DNA of 64,000 nt from Dehalococcoidia bacterium (GTDB taxonomy: Bacteria > Chloroflexota > Dehalococcoidia > UBA2979). The notes beneath the pieces were generated by a model. It searched no databases. It was not told where the DNA came from and worked only from the letters and a program-made list of their open reading frames with translations. The position numbers and the translations under genes are program-made. The stretch lies in the NCBI GenBank assembly GCA_965262725.1, contig OZ253555.1, positions 1,280,001 through 1,344,000 on the forward strand. The letters are read 5' to 3'. Below are positions 9,518-18,966 of the stretch, piece by piece. How positions within the stretch are numbered: the stretch's first letter is position 1; each line of letters starts with the position of its first letter.

Positions 9518-11365
9518 TCAGTCGACCAGAACCCGTCCCTCCCCCTCGCGGCGCGTGACGCGGTGGCGGTCGAGCGTCTCGAGCAGCGCCTGCGCGACGC
9601 GGCGGCTGGTGCCGAGGCGGTCGCGCGCCTCCGCCAGCGTGATCGCCCCGTGGTCGCGGATCAGCGAGACGACGACTGAGCGGGCCTCCTCGAAGGCGCC
9701 GCGCGCGAGCAGCACCCCGTTGCCGCAGTCGACGGCCGCCCCCGCCCCCTGCAGGTAGGCTACCTCCTCGACGTCGAGCTCAAGGCGCGGGACCCCGAGG
9801 CCGGCCTCCGCGAGCGCGGCCTCGGCGCCGTCGAGCCGGCGCCGTTGCGCCGCGGTCGGTCGCGGTGTCCACTCCGCCCGGGCGATACCGTCGGGACGCT
9901 CCGCGAGCGGCGGGACGAGTGCCTCGAGGACGGCCGCGAATTCCCGGGGCCCGACCGCGAGACGGCCGCGCAGCTCCTCCCGTGGCATTGCGAAGCGCAG
10001 CGGGTGCCCGGCGTGGTAGGCGTCCAGCACGCGGGACGAGCGGTCGAGCAGGCGGGCGGCTCCCCCTGAGGAGAGCAGGAGTGGTTCCCCGTGGGCGACC
10101 GGCAGCTCGCGCACCGCGCCGCGGGCGAGCAGATCGGCGAGCGTTTCCTCATGCTCGTCGGATGCGAGTTCCCCGACCGCAGCGAGCTGCGGACGGGTCG
10201 CCGGCTCAAGTCGCTCCAGCGCCGCCAGGAGGCGGCTCGCGGGCGTGTCCCGCGCCCGCTCGGCCAGCCGATCGAGAACGCGCGCGTCCGCGCGCCGGTG
10301 GCGCGGCGGTCCGAGCTCGACCACGCGGCCTCCCGCCACGGTGCGATCGGAGATACGCAGCACGAAGAGATCTCCCTCCGCGGCGGCCACCGGCGCCGAG
10401 AGGACGATCTGGCACCACCCCTCGGCGTTGGCCGGCACCTCCTCGCCGTCCAGCACGCGCACGCGGCCCTGTACCTCGTCGGTTCCGATGTGGACGGTGA
10501 CCCGCCGGTTGTGCCGCAGGGGCCGGTCCGGCAGGGAACGCACGCGTGCGTCGAAGGCGCGGGCCGCCCCGAGCCGGCCGGGCGGCGCCAGCACCTGCCC
10601 GCGGCGCAGCCGATCCGTCGAGACGCCGGCGAGGTTGACTGCAACGCGACTCCCCGGCTCCGCCGTCCGCAGCGTGCGCCGGTGCGTCTGCAATCCGCGT
10701 ATGCGTGCCGGCGGTCCGTCCGGGACCGCGGCCACCGCGTCGCCGACGGCGATGCGGCCGTCGAGAAGGGTCCCTGTGACCACCGTTCCGAAGCCCGCCA
10801 TCGTGAAGACGCGGTCGATCGCGAGTCGCGGCCGGCCAATGTCGCGGGGCGGCTCCGCGTCCAGGAGCGCGCGGTCTATGGCGGTCGCCAGCTCCTCCAG
10901 GCCGCTCCGGGCGATCGAGGAGACGCGGTGGATCGGTGCGCCGGCGAGCCTCGTCGGCAACAGCAGCTCGGCGATGTCGTCCTCCACCAGCGCGAGCCAC
11001 TCCTCGTCGGAGACAACGTCGCACTTCGTCAGCGCGACGACGCCGCGGCGTACCTCCAGCAGTTCAAGGATCTCGAGATGCTCCCGCGTCTGCGGCATGA
11101 TCCCCTCATCCCCCGCGACCACGACGAGCGCGAGGTCGACGGCGCCCACGCCGGCGAGCATGTGACGGATGAAGCGGACGTGCCCCGGCACGTCGACGAT
11201 CGAGACCTCGCGACCGGATGGCAGCGTGAGCCACGCGAAGCCGAGCTCGATCGTGAGGCCCCGCACGCGCTCCTCGCGCAATCGATCGGGGTGGGTCCCG
11301 GTCAACGCCTCGACGAGAGCCGACTTCCCGTGATCGACGTGGCCGGCCGTTCCCACGACAAACAC
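9518..11365 (-). CDS. selB: Selenocysteine-specific elongation factor SelB
   Basis: GTAGHVDHGKS, DRLREE..RGLTIELGFA, DVPGH; C-terminal winged helix ARDRLGTSRR..LLETLD. Confidence 0.95.
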   Translation of the reverse strand: MFVVGTAGHVDHGKSALVEALTGTHPDRLREERVRGLTIELGFAWLTLPSGREVSIVDVPGHVRFIRHMLAGVGAVDLALVVVAGDEGIMPQTREHLEILELLEVRRGVVALTKCDVVSDEEWLALVEDDIAELLLPTRLAGAPIHRVSSIARSGLEELATAIDRALLDAEPPRDIGRPRLAIDRVFTMAGFGTVVTGTLLDGRIAVGDAVAAVPDGPPARIRGLQTHRRTLRTAEPGSRVAVNLAGVSTDRLRRGQVLAPPGRLGAARAFDARVRSLPDRPLRHNRRVTVHIGTDEVQGRVRVLDGEEVPANAEGWCQIVLSAPVAAAEGDLFVLRISDRTVAGGRVVELGPPRHRRADARVLDRLAERARDTPASRLLAALERLEPATRPQLAAVGELASDEHEETLADLLARGAVRELPVAHGEPLLLSSGGAARLLDRSSRVLDAYHAGHPLRFAMPREELRGRLAVGPREFAAVLEALVPPLAERPDGIARAEWTPRPTAAQRRRLDGAEAALAEAGLGVPRLELDVEEVAYLQGAGAAVDCGNGVLLARGAFEEARSVVVSLIRDHGAITLAEARDRLGTSRRVAQALLETLDRHRVTRREGEGRVLVD

Positions 11366-11374
11366 GGAGCGCGC

Positions 11375-11677
11375 TTACCCGTCGATGACGCGAGAGACGG
11401 CGAACGGGTTCTGCGCGCTGCAGGCCGGGCAGACGAGCGGGAGCTCATCGCGCGGGATCGGCGTCGCACGGCCGTCCGAGATCGCGATCCAGATGTCGTC
11501 GCGCAGCCGCGTCGCGGGATCGCTGCGGCCGGCCCGGCCGCGCGCCGCCGGCCGGAGCTCCTCCTCGAGCCTCCGCCGGAACTCGGCGTCGGAGAGCGGC
11601 GGCTCGCCGGGCCGCGGAATGCGCCGCACGAGCACCTCGCGCCCGCAGCACTCGCAGCGGTAGACCTCGACGGCCAT
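11375..11677 (-). CDS. Hypothetical Zn-ribbon protein (CxxC-x~70-CPxC)
   Basis: YRCECCG...VCPACS. Packed between hemW (3-nt gap) and selB (9-nt gap), with GGGGG upstream. Confidence 0.75.
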   Translation of the reverse strand: MAVEVYRCECCGREVLVRRIPRPGEPPLSDAEFRRRLEEELRPAARGRAGRSDPATRLRDDIWIAISDGRATPIPRDELPLVCPACSAQNPFAVSRVIDG

Positions 11678-11680
11678 TCG

Positions 11681-12955
11681 CTACCCCCGAACCGTCGCGC
11701 CGTCCGCGGGAGACGGGTCCGGCGCGGGCCCGTCGTCGGGAAGGAGATCGACGAAGACCTCGTTGGCGAGCAGCAACCCGCGATCCGAGAGCCGCGTCAC
11801 CTCGCCGTCGCGCTCGAGCAGCCCGGTAGCGAGGTGACGGCGGATCGCCTCGCCATGCGCATCCGCGGGGCTCACGCCGAAGCGCTCCCGAAACCTCGTG
11901 TCCGAGACACCCTCGCGCAGGCGCAGCCCAAGGATCAGCGCGTCGGAGCGCTCCTGCTGGGGGCTCGGCGTCTCGCCGTAGGCGACCTGTCGCATCTGCG
12001 CGCGACCGGTCTCGCGCCGCTCGGCGAGGGTCTCGCGGACGCCCTCCACGTAGCGGTTCGGCGCGTCGACATCGGCGAAGCGCCGGCCGCGGAAGTATGA
12101 GTGCGCCCCGGCGCCCACGCCCAGGTAGGGTTCCGCGCGCCAGTAGACCAGGTTGTGATGGCACTCGTGTCCCGGCCGCGCCCAGTTAGAGATTTCGTAG
12201 TGGACATAACCGCCCTCAGCGAGCCGGCGGCGCACCCACTCGTACTGTTCCGCGGCGTCGTCGGGATCCGGCGCAGGGATCTCGCCCTTCGCCACGCGGT
12301 AGTGCAGGGGCGTCCCCGGCTCTACGGAGAGCGCGTAGCAGGAGAGGTGGTCGGGCTCGAGGGAGAGCACGCGCTCCACGCTCGCCTGCCAGCGGTCGAG
12401 CGGCTGGTCGGGCAGCCCGAAGATGAGGTCGAGATTGAGGCTCCCGAAGCCCGCTGCGCCCGCGTCGGCGACCGCCTGCTCCACCCTCTCTGGTGTGTGC
12501 TGGCGATCGAGAAGGGTGAGCTCCTCCGCGTGCATCGACTGCACGCCCATCGAGAGCCGACGGATGCCCATCTCGGCCAACCCGTGCAGGTGATCGCGGA
12601 GCAGCTCGGTTGGATTCGCCTCAAGCGTCCACTCCGCGCCGGGCGCCACGTCGTAACCCGCGCGGATCGCCTCGACGATGCGCGCCACCTCGGCGAGCGG
12701 GAGCAGGCTCGGCGTTCCACCCCCGAAGAAGACGCTCCCCACACGGTGCCCGCGCGCCGCCGCCGACCACAGCTCTAGCTCCGCGACCAGCGCCTCCACG
12801 TACTCCGGAACGAGGTGCTCGACGCCGGCGTACGCGTTGAAGTCGCAGTAGCCGCAGCGGCTGGTGCAGAACGGAATGTGCACGTAGAGCCCGAGCGCGG
12901 CGGGATCCGCCTCGTCGGCCGTTGCCAGGGTCGCGGGGCGGGTCTGGCCGGTCAT
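11681..12955 (-). CDS. hemW: Radical SAM family heme chaperone HemW
   Basis: YVHIPFCTSRCGYCDF, FGGGTPS, YEISNW, HNLVYW. ATG 12955 lies 6 nt after TACGCT. Confidence 0.92.
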   Translation of the reverse strand: MTGQTRPATLATADEADPAALGLYVHIPFCTSRCGYCDFNAYAGVEHLVPEYVEALVAELELWSAAARGHRVGSVFFGGGTPSLLPLAEVARIVEAIRAGYDVAPGAEWTLEANPTELLRDHLHGLAEMGIRRLSMGVQSMHAEELTLLDRQHTPERVEQAVADAGAAGFGSLNLDLIFGLPDQPLDRWQASVERVLSLEPDHLSCYALSVEPGTPLHYRVAKGEIPAPDPDDAAEQYEWVRRRLAEGGYVHYEISNWARPGHECHHNLVYWRAEPYLGVGAGAHSYFRGRRFADVDAPNRYVEGVRETLAERRETGRAQMRQVAYGETPSPQQERSDALILGLRLREGVSDTRFRERFGVSPADAHGEAIRRHLATGLLERDGEVTRLSDRGLLLANEVFVDLLPDDGPAPDPSPADGATVRG

Positions 12956-13041
12956 GGGCACAGCGTACCAGCCGACTCCTCGCCCGAGCGGCTGGGCTCG
13001 TGCGACACTCGGCCTTCGTGTCGCACAGCTGAGGGGTTGAC

Positions 13042-14829
13042 GTGCTGAAGAGTCACCGCTGCGGGGAGCTGCGAGCCGAGCACGCGGGCGAGCAGGTACG
13101 CCTCGCCGGCTGGGTGCACCGCCGCCGCGACCACGGGGGCCTCGTCTTCCTCGATCTGCGCGACGAAAGCGGGCTGGTTCAGATCGTGTGTCACCCCGAG
13201 AGCACTCCCGGGGCACACGCGGTCGCCTCCACCGTCCGCGCCGAGTGGGTGCTCGCAGTCGGGGGCGAGATCGCCCCTCGCCGCGAGGGAACGGTCAATG
13301 AGGCGCTCCCGACCGGTGCGATCGAGGTGGTGGCTTCGCATGTCCGCGTGCTCTCGGAGGCGGCCACGCCGCCGATCCCGGTGAACCAGGAGGCGGCGGC
13401 GGACGAGGCGACGCGTCTGCGCTACCGCTACCTCGATCTGCGCCGCGAGCGGATGTCGGCGAACCTCAGGATGCGCCATCGCGTGGTGCGAGGGATCCGC
13501 CGCTACCTGGAGGAGCGCGGATTCGTGGAGGTCGAGACGCCCATTCTCTCGGCCGCGACGCCGGAGGGGGCGCGCGACTACCTCGTGCCGAGTCGGGTCC
13601 ACCCAGGGCGGTTCTACGCGCTGCCCCAGTCGCCGCAGCAGTGGAAGCAGCTACTCGTCGTGGCCGGCTTCGAGCGCTACTACCAGATCGCGCGCTGCTT
13701 CCGGGACGAGGATCTCCGAGCCGACCGCCAGCCCGAGTTCACCCAGCTCGACATCGAGATGGCGTTCGTCGAGCAGCACGACGTCCTGGATCTGGTGGAG
13801 GGTCTCTACTCGGAGCTCTCGCGGGAGGTCGCCCCGGAGCGGCGTTGCGAGGTGCCCTTCCCGCGCATCCCCTACGTCGAGGCGCTGGAGCGCTTCGGCT
13901 CCGACAAGCCTGACCTGCGCTACGGCATGGAGATCGCCGACCTCAGCGAGCCGGCGGTCTCGGGGCAGCTGGGGATCTTTCGACGCGCGGTCGCGGACGG
14001 CGGCCGCGTACGCGCCTTCTCCGTTCCCGGCGGCGCCGACACGGCGCGACGCGAGATCGACCGCTTGACCGACCTCGCCCGCGAGGCCGGCGCCGGCGGC
14101 CTCGTCCCGGTCGCCTACGCGGGGAGCGGCCCCCTGGACGGGATCACGCTAGACGACGTGCGCTCGCCCGTGGCGCGCTTCTTCGACGCGGGGACGCTGG
14201 CCGCAATGGGCCGCCTCGGCGGTGCGCGACGTGGCGACCTGCTGCTCGCCGTCGCCGCCTCAGACGACGTCAGCTCGCGCGCGCTCGACGTGCTGCGCCG
14301 CGAGGTGGCTGCCACGCGCGGCCTAGCTGACAAGGACGCCCTCGCGTTCTGCTTCGTGACCGACTTCCCGCTCTTCGAGTGGGACGGGCGGGAGGAACGG
14401 TGGCAGTCCAGCCACCATCTCTTCACGGCCCCGGCGGATGAGGACGTGTCGATCGTGGAGAGCGACCCGGGCGCCGCCCGATCGCTCGCCTATGACCTGG
14501 TCTGCAACGGGCAGGAGCTCGCGTCGGGCTCGATACGCGAGCACCGCCCGGAGGTACTGCTCTCCGTGATGCGGGTGCTCGGAATCGACGAGCAGCAGGC
14601 GAGGGAGCGCTTCGGGCACATGCTGGATGCCTTCGGCTACGGCGCGCCCCCCCACGGCGGCATCGCGCCGGGCCTCGATCGCACCGTCGCGCTCTTCGCG
14701 CGCGAGCGCGACATCCGCGAGGTGATAGCGTTCCCCAAGACGAAGACGGCCTCGGATCCGCTCACCGGAGCCCCCTCCGCGGTCGATCCGAGGCAGCTGG
14801 CGGAGGTGCACATCAACCTCCGCCCGTGA
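13042..14829 (+). CDS. aspS: Aspartate--tRNA ligase, probably non-discriminating (Asp/Asn)
   Basis: GWVHRRRDHGG, ALPQSPQ, YQIARCFRDEDLRADRQPEFTQLD, GAPPHGG. His in RDHG is typical of ND-AspRS, and gatB is present in the window. Confidence 0.96.
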   Translation: MLKSHRCGELRAEHAGEQVRLAGWVHRRRDHGGLVFLDLRDESGLVQIVCHPESTPGAHAVASTVRAEWVLAVGGEIAPRREGTVNEALPTGAIEVVASHVRVLSEAATPPIPVNQEAAADEATRLRYRYLDLRRERMSANLRMRHRVVRGIRRYLEERGFVEVETPILSAATPEGARDYLVPSRVHPGRFYALPQSPQQWKQLLVVAGFERYYQIARCFRDEDLRADRQPEFTQLDIEMAFVEQHDVLDLVEGLYSELSREVAPERRCEVPFPRIPYVEALERFGSDKPDLRYGMEIADLSEPAVSGQLGIFRRAVADGGRVRAFSVPGGADTARREIDRLTDLAREAGAGGLVPVAYAGSGPLDGITLDDVRSPVARFFDAGTLAAMGRLGGARRGDLLLAVAASDDVSSRALDVLRREVAATRGLADKDALAFCFVTDFPLFEWDGREERWQSSHHLFTAPADEDVSIVESDPGAARSLAYDLVCNGQELASGSIREHRPEVLLSVMRVLGIDEQQARERFGHMLDAFGYGAPPHGGIAPGLDRTVALFARERDIREVIAFPKTKTASDPLTGAPSAVDPRQLAEVHINLRP

Positions 14830-14952
14830 TTGCCGGGCGCCTGTCCCGGAGCCCCGGCGCGCATCGCTATAATCTCGTGGTGGGTGCTGTCGCTGCGCCA
14901 CCCGGGGCACGATGTCCACGACCGGGCGGGCGAGGGGAACAGGGGAGTCTCG

Positions 14953-16647
14953 ATGGGTAGACAGAACCGGCTCCTCGGCATCCTGCTCGCCGCCCTCGCG
15001 CTGCTCGTTCTCGTGGTGGGAGGCCTGTCGGCGGCGCTCCTGATCGGCGGCGGGCAGAGCCCGGACGACGGCGGGGGGACGACCACCTCTCCCGCCGGCG
15101 GCGATGGCGGCGATGGCGGCGGCGTGGAGGCCGACGGAGACTCCGGCGAGGTCTCCGCCGGGCGGCTCCGGCTGCCCGGGATCGACCCGATCACGCTCGA
15201 CCCCGCGCTCGTCACCGATACCGGCTCCGCTCAGTACGTCGCCGAGATCTTCAGCGGCCTCACCACCATCACGCCCGACCTAGAGCTCGAGCTGGATCTC
15301 GCGGAGTCATTCGAGGTCTCGGAGGGCGGCCGGGTCTACACGTTCACGCTCAGACCGGACGCGCTCTTCCACAACGGGCGCCGCGTCACCGCCGCCGACG
15401 TCGTCTGGTCGATAGACCGCGCTCTCTCGCCGGAGACCTCGTCGCTGGTGGCCCTCTCCTACCTCGGGGACATTGTGGGCGCGCGTGAGCGCCGGCTCGG
15501 GAGGTCCGACACGCTCGAGGGCGTCCGCGCTATCGACGAGCGCACCATCGAGTTCACGCTCGACGCGCCGAAGCCGTTCTTCCTCTGGAAGCTCACCTAT
15601 CCGACGGCGTGGGTCGTCGACAGTCAGCAGGTGGAGGCGAACCCGCGGAACTGGACGCGGAACCCGAACGGCACCGGCCCGTACCAGCTGAAGGAGTGGC
15701 GCCTCGGTGAACGCATCGTACTGGAGGCGAGCGATCGCTACTATGGCGGCGCGCCAAGCGTCCGTGAGGTGCTCTTCGAGCTCTCCGGGGGCTCGACGCT
15801 GACGCGCTTCGAGAATGGTGAACTCGACGTCGCTGGCATCGGCATCAACGACCTCGAGCGCGCGCAGGACCCCAACTCCGACCTCGGCCCGCTCTACTCC
15901 AACTCGGTCGAGATGTCGATCTCCTACCTCGCATTCAACACCGATGCGCCGCCGTTCGACGACGTGAACGTGCGCCGCGCCTTCGCGATGGCTATCGATC
16001 GACAGAAGGTGGCTGAGACCGTCTTCATGAACGCGTGGCTGCCGGCCACCGGCATTATCCCGCCGCGTGTGCCCGGCTACACCTCCGAGGACAAGACCTT
16101 TGGCTTCGATCCCGACGGCGCGCGAGCGGCGCTCGCCGCCTCGAGCTACGGCTCCGCGGAGGCCCTGCCTCCGGTCACGCTCACCGAGATGGGCGGCGGC
16201 GCCTCGGCGTCGATCGACACGCAGGCCTTCCTCGAGCAGTGGCGCGAGGAGCTCGGCGTCGACGTCCAGGTCCGCCAGACCGATCGCGCCACCCTCACCG
16301 CCGACCTCGACGATGGCCGGCTGCAGATCTTCGTCGACGGCTGGTCGATGGACTACCCGGACCCGGAGAGCGTGATCGACCTCAAGTTCCACTCGACCTC
16401 GGCTCTCAACGACGTGCGCTACGAGAACGCGGAGGTGGACGGGCTGATCGAGGCGGCGCGGATTGAGCAGGATCCCGCGCGGCGCCTGCAGCTCTACCGC
16501 GACGCCGAGAAGATCCTGATCGACGAGGCGGCGTGGGTCCCGCTCTACTTCCCGCTCTCGCACGTCGTCGTCGCCCCGAGGGTCGAGGGCTGGTTCGACC
16601 CGCCGCTCATCATGCCGCGGCTTCGCTTCATCTCCGTGACGGAGTAG
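14953..16647 (+). CDS. Peptide/nickel ABC transporter substrate-binding protein (family 5)
   Basis: N-terminal TM helix and Gly-rich linker; TLDPA, LAESFEVS, YTFTLR..FHNG..VTAADV, GTGPY, PFDDVNVRRA. Confidence 0.92.
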   Translation: MGRQNRLLGILLAALALLVLVVGGLSAALLIGGGQSPDDGGGTTTSPAGGDGGDGGGVEADGDSGEVSAGRLRLPGIDPITLDPALVTDTGSAQYVAEIFSGLTTITPDLELELDLAESFEVSEGGRVYTFTLRPDALFHNGRRVTAADVVWSIDRALSPETSSLVALSYLGDIVGARERRLGRSDTLEGVRAIDERTIEFTLDAPKPFFLWKLTYPTAWVVDSQQVEANPRNWTRNPNGTGPYQLKEWRLGERIVLEASDRYYGGAPSVREVLFELSGGSTLTRFENGELDVAGIGINDLERAQDPNSDLGPLYSNSVEMSISYLAFNTDAPPFDDVNVRRAFAMAIDRQKVAETVFMNAWLPATGIIPPRVPGYTSEDKTFGFDPDGARAALAASSYGSAEALPPVTLTEMGGGASASIDTQAFLEQWREELGVDVQVRQTDRATLTADLDDGRLQIFVDGWSMDYPDPESVIDLKFHSTSALNDVRYENAEVDGLIEAARIEQDPARRLQLYRDAEKILIDEAAWVPLYFPLSHVVVAPRVEGWFDPPLIMPRLRFISVTE

Positions 16648-16710
16648 CGGCGGCCGCGACACGGGCGCGGCCTGCCGCGGCGCGCGCGCCGCGGGTGCTG
16701 AGGAGGATCC

Positions 16711-17697
16711 GTGGCCGCCTACATCATCCGTCGGCTGCTCTGGCTCCCCTTCATCCTCCTCATCGTCTCGTTCGCGACCTTTGCGATCGCGCGCTTCGGG
16801 CCGGGCGACCCGGCGAGCGTCGCTGCCGGCCAGTTCCGCGACCCGGAGATCCTGGCGCAGGTGCGAGCCGAGCGCGGCCTCGACGGCTCGATCCTCGAGC
16901 AGTACGGGCGCTGGCTCTCGGCGGCCCTGCGCGGCGACTTCGGCGAGTCGTTCCTGCAGCAGGGCTTCTCGGTCTCCGAGCTCATCTTCCCGAAGATGTG
17001 GATCTCGGCGCAGCTCGGCCTGATCGCGCTCGTCATCGTGTTCGCCCTCGGGATCCCGCTCGGGCTCATCGCGTCCCGCCTCTCGGGCACGTGGGTCGAT
17101 CCTTTCGTCATCTCGACGCTGCTGTTCCTGCGGGCGATCCCCGTGATCGTGCTGATCCCGCCGCTGCTCTGGTTCTTCGCCCTGAAGCTGGGTCTGCTTC
17201 CCGTGGGGGGATGGGGTGGGCTCTTCGAGATCTGGTGGATCGGGGGACTGATTGCGATCCCGATCCCCGATCCGCACCTCTATCTCCCTGTCGTGGCGAT
17301 GTCGATCGGCGGGTTCGGGGGCGTGGCGCGGCTTGTTCGCATAACCGCTCTGGAGGTGCAGGGGGAGGACTACATCCGCACCGCGCGCGCGAAGGGACTC
17401 CCCGAGTCCGCGATCGCCGGGCGCCACGTGCTGCCGAACTCGCTGCTGCCGCTCGTCACCGTGATCGGCTTCGCGCTCACCAGCATCATCGAGGGGGCCT
17501 TCTTCGTGGAGGTGCTGCTCGGCATCCCCGGCATCGGCCGCTTCACCTTCGAGGCCGTGGTCTCGCGCGACTATGACGTCATCCTGGCGATGACCGTCAT
17601 CACGTCGTCCGTCTTCGTCCTGATGAACCTCCTCGTTGAGATCTCGTACACCTTCATCGATCCGCGCATCCGCCTTGGCGCCTCCGCGGGAACGTGA
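16711..17697 (+). CDS. Peptide ABC transporter permease (OppB/DppB-like)
   Basis: YIIRRLL, PGDP, GDFGES, EDYIRTARAKGL, RDY, DPRIR. Confidence 0.93.
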   Translation: MAAYIIRRLLWLPFILLIVSFATFAIARFGPGDPASVAAGQFRDPEILAQVRAERGLDGSILEQYGRWLSAALRGDFGESFLQQGFSVSELIFPKMWISAQLGLIALVIVFALGIPLGLIASRLSGTWVDPFVISTLLFLRAIPVIVLIPPLLWFFALKLGLLPVGGWGGLFEIWWIGGLIAIPIPDPHLYLPVVAMSIGGFGGVARLVRITALEVQGEDYIRTARAKGLPESAIAGRHVLPNSLLPLVTVIGFALTSIIEGAFFVEVLLGIPGIGRFTFEAVVSRDYDVILAMTVITSSVFVLMNLLVEISYTFIDPRIRLGASAGT

Positions 17698-18674
17698 CGA
17701 GCGCCGTCACCCAGACGCCCGCCGTCCCGAGGGGCGGCGCCGAACCCGGCATCTCTGGGGTGAGTCCCGGCTCGATGCTGTGGCGGCGATTGCGCCGCAA
17801 GCGCCTCGCCGTGGTCTCCATGGTCGTGATCGCGATCATCTACGGTGCGGGCATACTCGCGCCGGTGGCGGCACCATATTCCTACGCCGAGCAGAACCTC
17901 GAGCGAACCCTGGAGGGGCCGAGCGCCGACCACTGGATGGGAACGGACCGGCTCGGGCGCGACATGCTCAGCCGCACGCTCTTCTCGGCGCGCACGACGC
18001 TCATCCTGACGGTGGCCGTCGTTCTGTCCGGCTCCGTGGTGCTCGGCATCGGACTGGGCCTGCTCTCCGGCTACAAGGGCGGCTGGGTAGACGGCGCGAT
18101 CATGCGTGTCGGCGACATCTTCGGCTCCGTGCCCGGCCTCCCGATGTTGATCCTGATCAACGCCACGACCCGCCCGCGCGTGGATGAGCTTGCGCGCTGG
18201 GTCGAGGAGCACACGCTCCTCTCCAACGAGCTCACCACGACCGGCGGCGCCTCCTACTTCACGGTCGCTGTCGCGCTCTCGCTCTTTGCGTGGGTGGGGA
18301 TGGCTCGCGTGATCCGCGCGCAGATCCTGCAGCTCCGCGAGCGCGACTTCGTGCTCGCAGCGCAGGCCACAGGCGCCACGGCAACCCGCGTGATCGGGCG
18401 GCACCTGCTGCCGAACATCGCCTTTCTCATCATCCTCTCGGTCTCGGCCGGGCTCGGCGCGATCGCCGGCTCCGAGATCGTGCTGACCTGGTTCGGGGTC
18501 GGAGTGCAGCCCCCGGCCGCCTCCTTCGGGCAGATGATCTTCGAGGGGTCGGGCGCACGGACGTTCCAGGCGCATCCGCACCTGCTTCTGGTCCCCGCCA
18601 TCGTCGTGACGGCGCTGATGTTCGCTTTCAATCTCCTCGGAGACGCACTCAACGACGCGATGCGCGGCCAGTAG
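17694..18674 (+). CDS. Peptide ABC transporter permease (OppC/DppC-like)
   Basis: HWMGTDRLGRDMLSR, ARVIRAQ..RERDFVLAA..G, FNLLGDAL. Confidence 0.93.
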   Translation: MTSAVTQTPAVPRGGAEPGISGVSPGSMLWRRLRRKRLAVVSMVVIAIIYGAGILAPVAAPYSYAEQNLERTLEGPSADHWMGTDRLGRDMLSRTLFSARTTLILTVAVVLSGSVVLGIGLGLLSGYKGGWVDGAIMRVGDIFGSVPGLPMLILINATTRPRVDELARWVEEHTLLSNELTTTGGASYFTVAVALSLFAWVGMARVIRAQILQLRERDFVLAAQATGATATRVIGRHLLPNIAFLIILSVSAGLGAIAGSEIVLTWFGVGVQPPAASFGQMIFEGSGARTFQAHPHLLLVPAIVVTALMFAFNLLGDALNDAMRGQ

Positions 18675-18966
18675 GATCCGATCGGTCATCGTCTCGGCCC
18701 TGCCGACCGACCACGCCCGCGCCGGCTGAGCACGCCGACGCCCGATGCGTGGCGGCCGGATCGCGGTGCTCGGTTCGGGGTTCGCCGGGTGATCCGAGCG
18801 GCCCCCGGAGGGTCCCGCGGCGGCGGCGGCGGGTGCCTGGGACCGAAGGGAGCGGATGATATACTCGGTCGGAATCGGCGAGCGCGCGGGCCGCGGCCGT
18901 CTTGGGGCGGCCGCGTTGCGTAAGTGGACCGATGTGAACACTCGACCGACGAGGGGAACGCACCGC

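Noticed and set aside
9518-11365. Selenoprotein genes (in-frame UGA) near selB
   Set aside because: I saw no gene in this window whose homology clearly continues past a UGA. A SECIS search was not possible by eye.
10091-12100. Long alternative-strand ORFs (e.g. 10091..12100, 15307..17427, 37740..39629, 45750..48293, 52306..54183)
   Set aside because: They lie antisense to well-supported genes. Stop-codon scarcity in high-GC DNA explains them, and they have no recognisable motifs.
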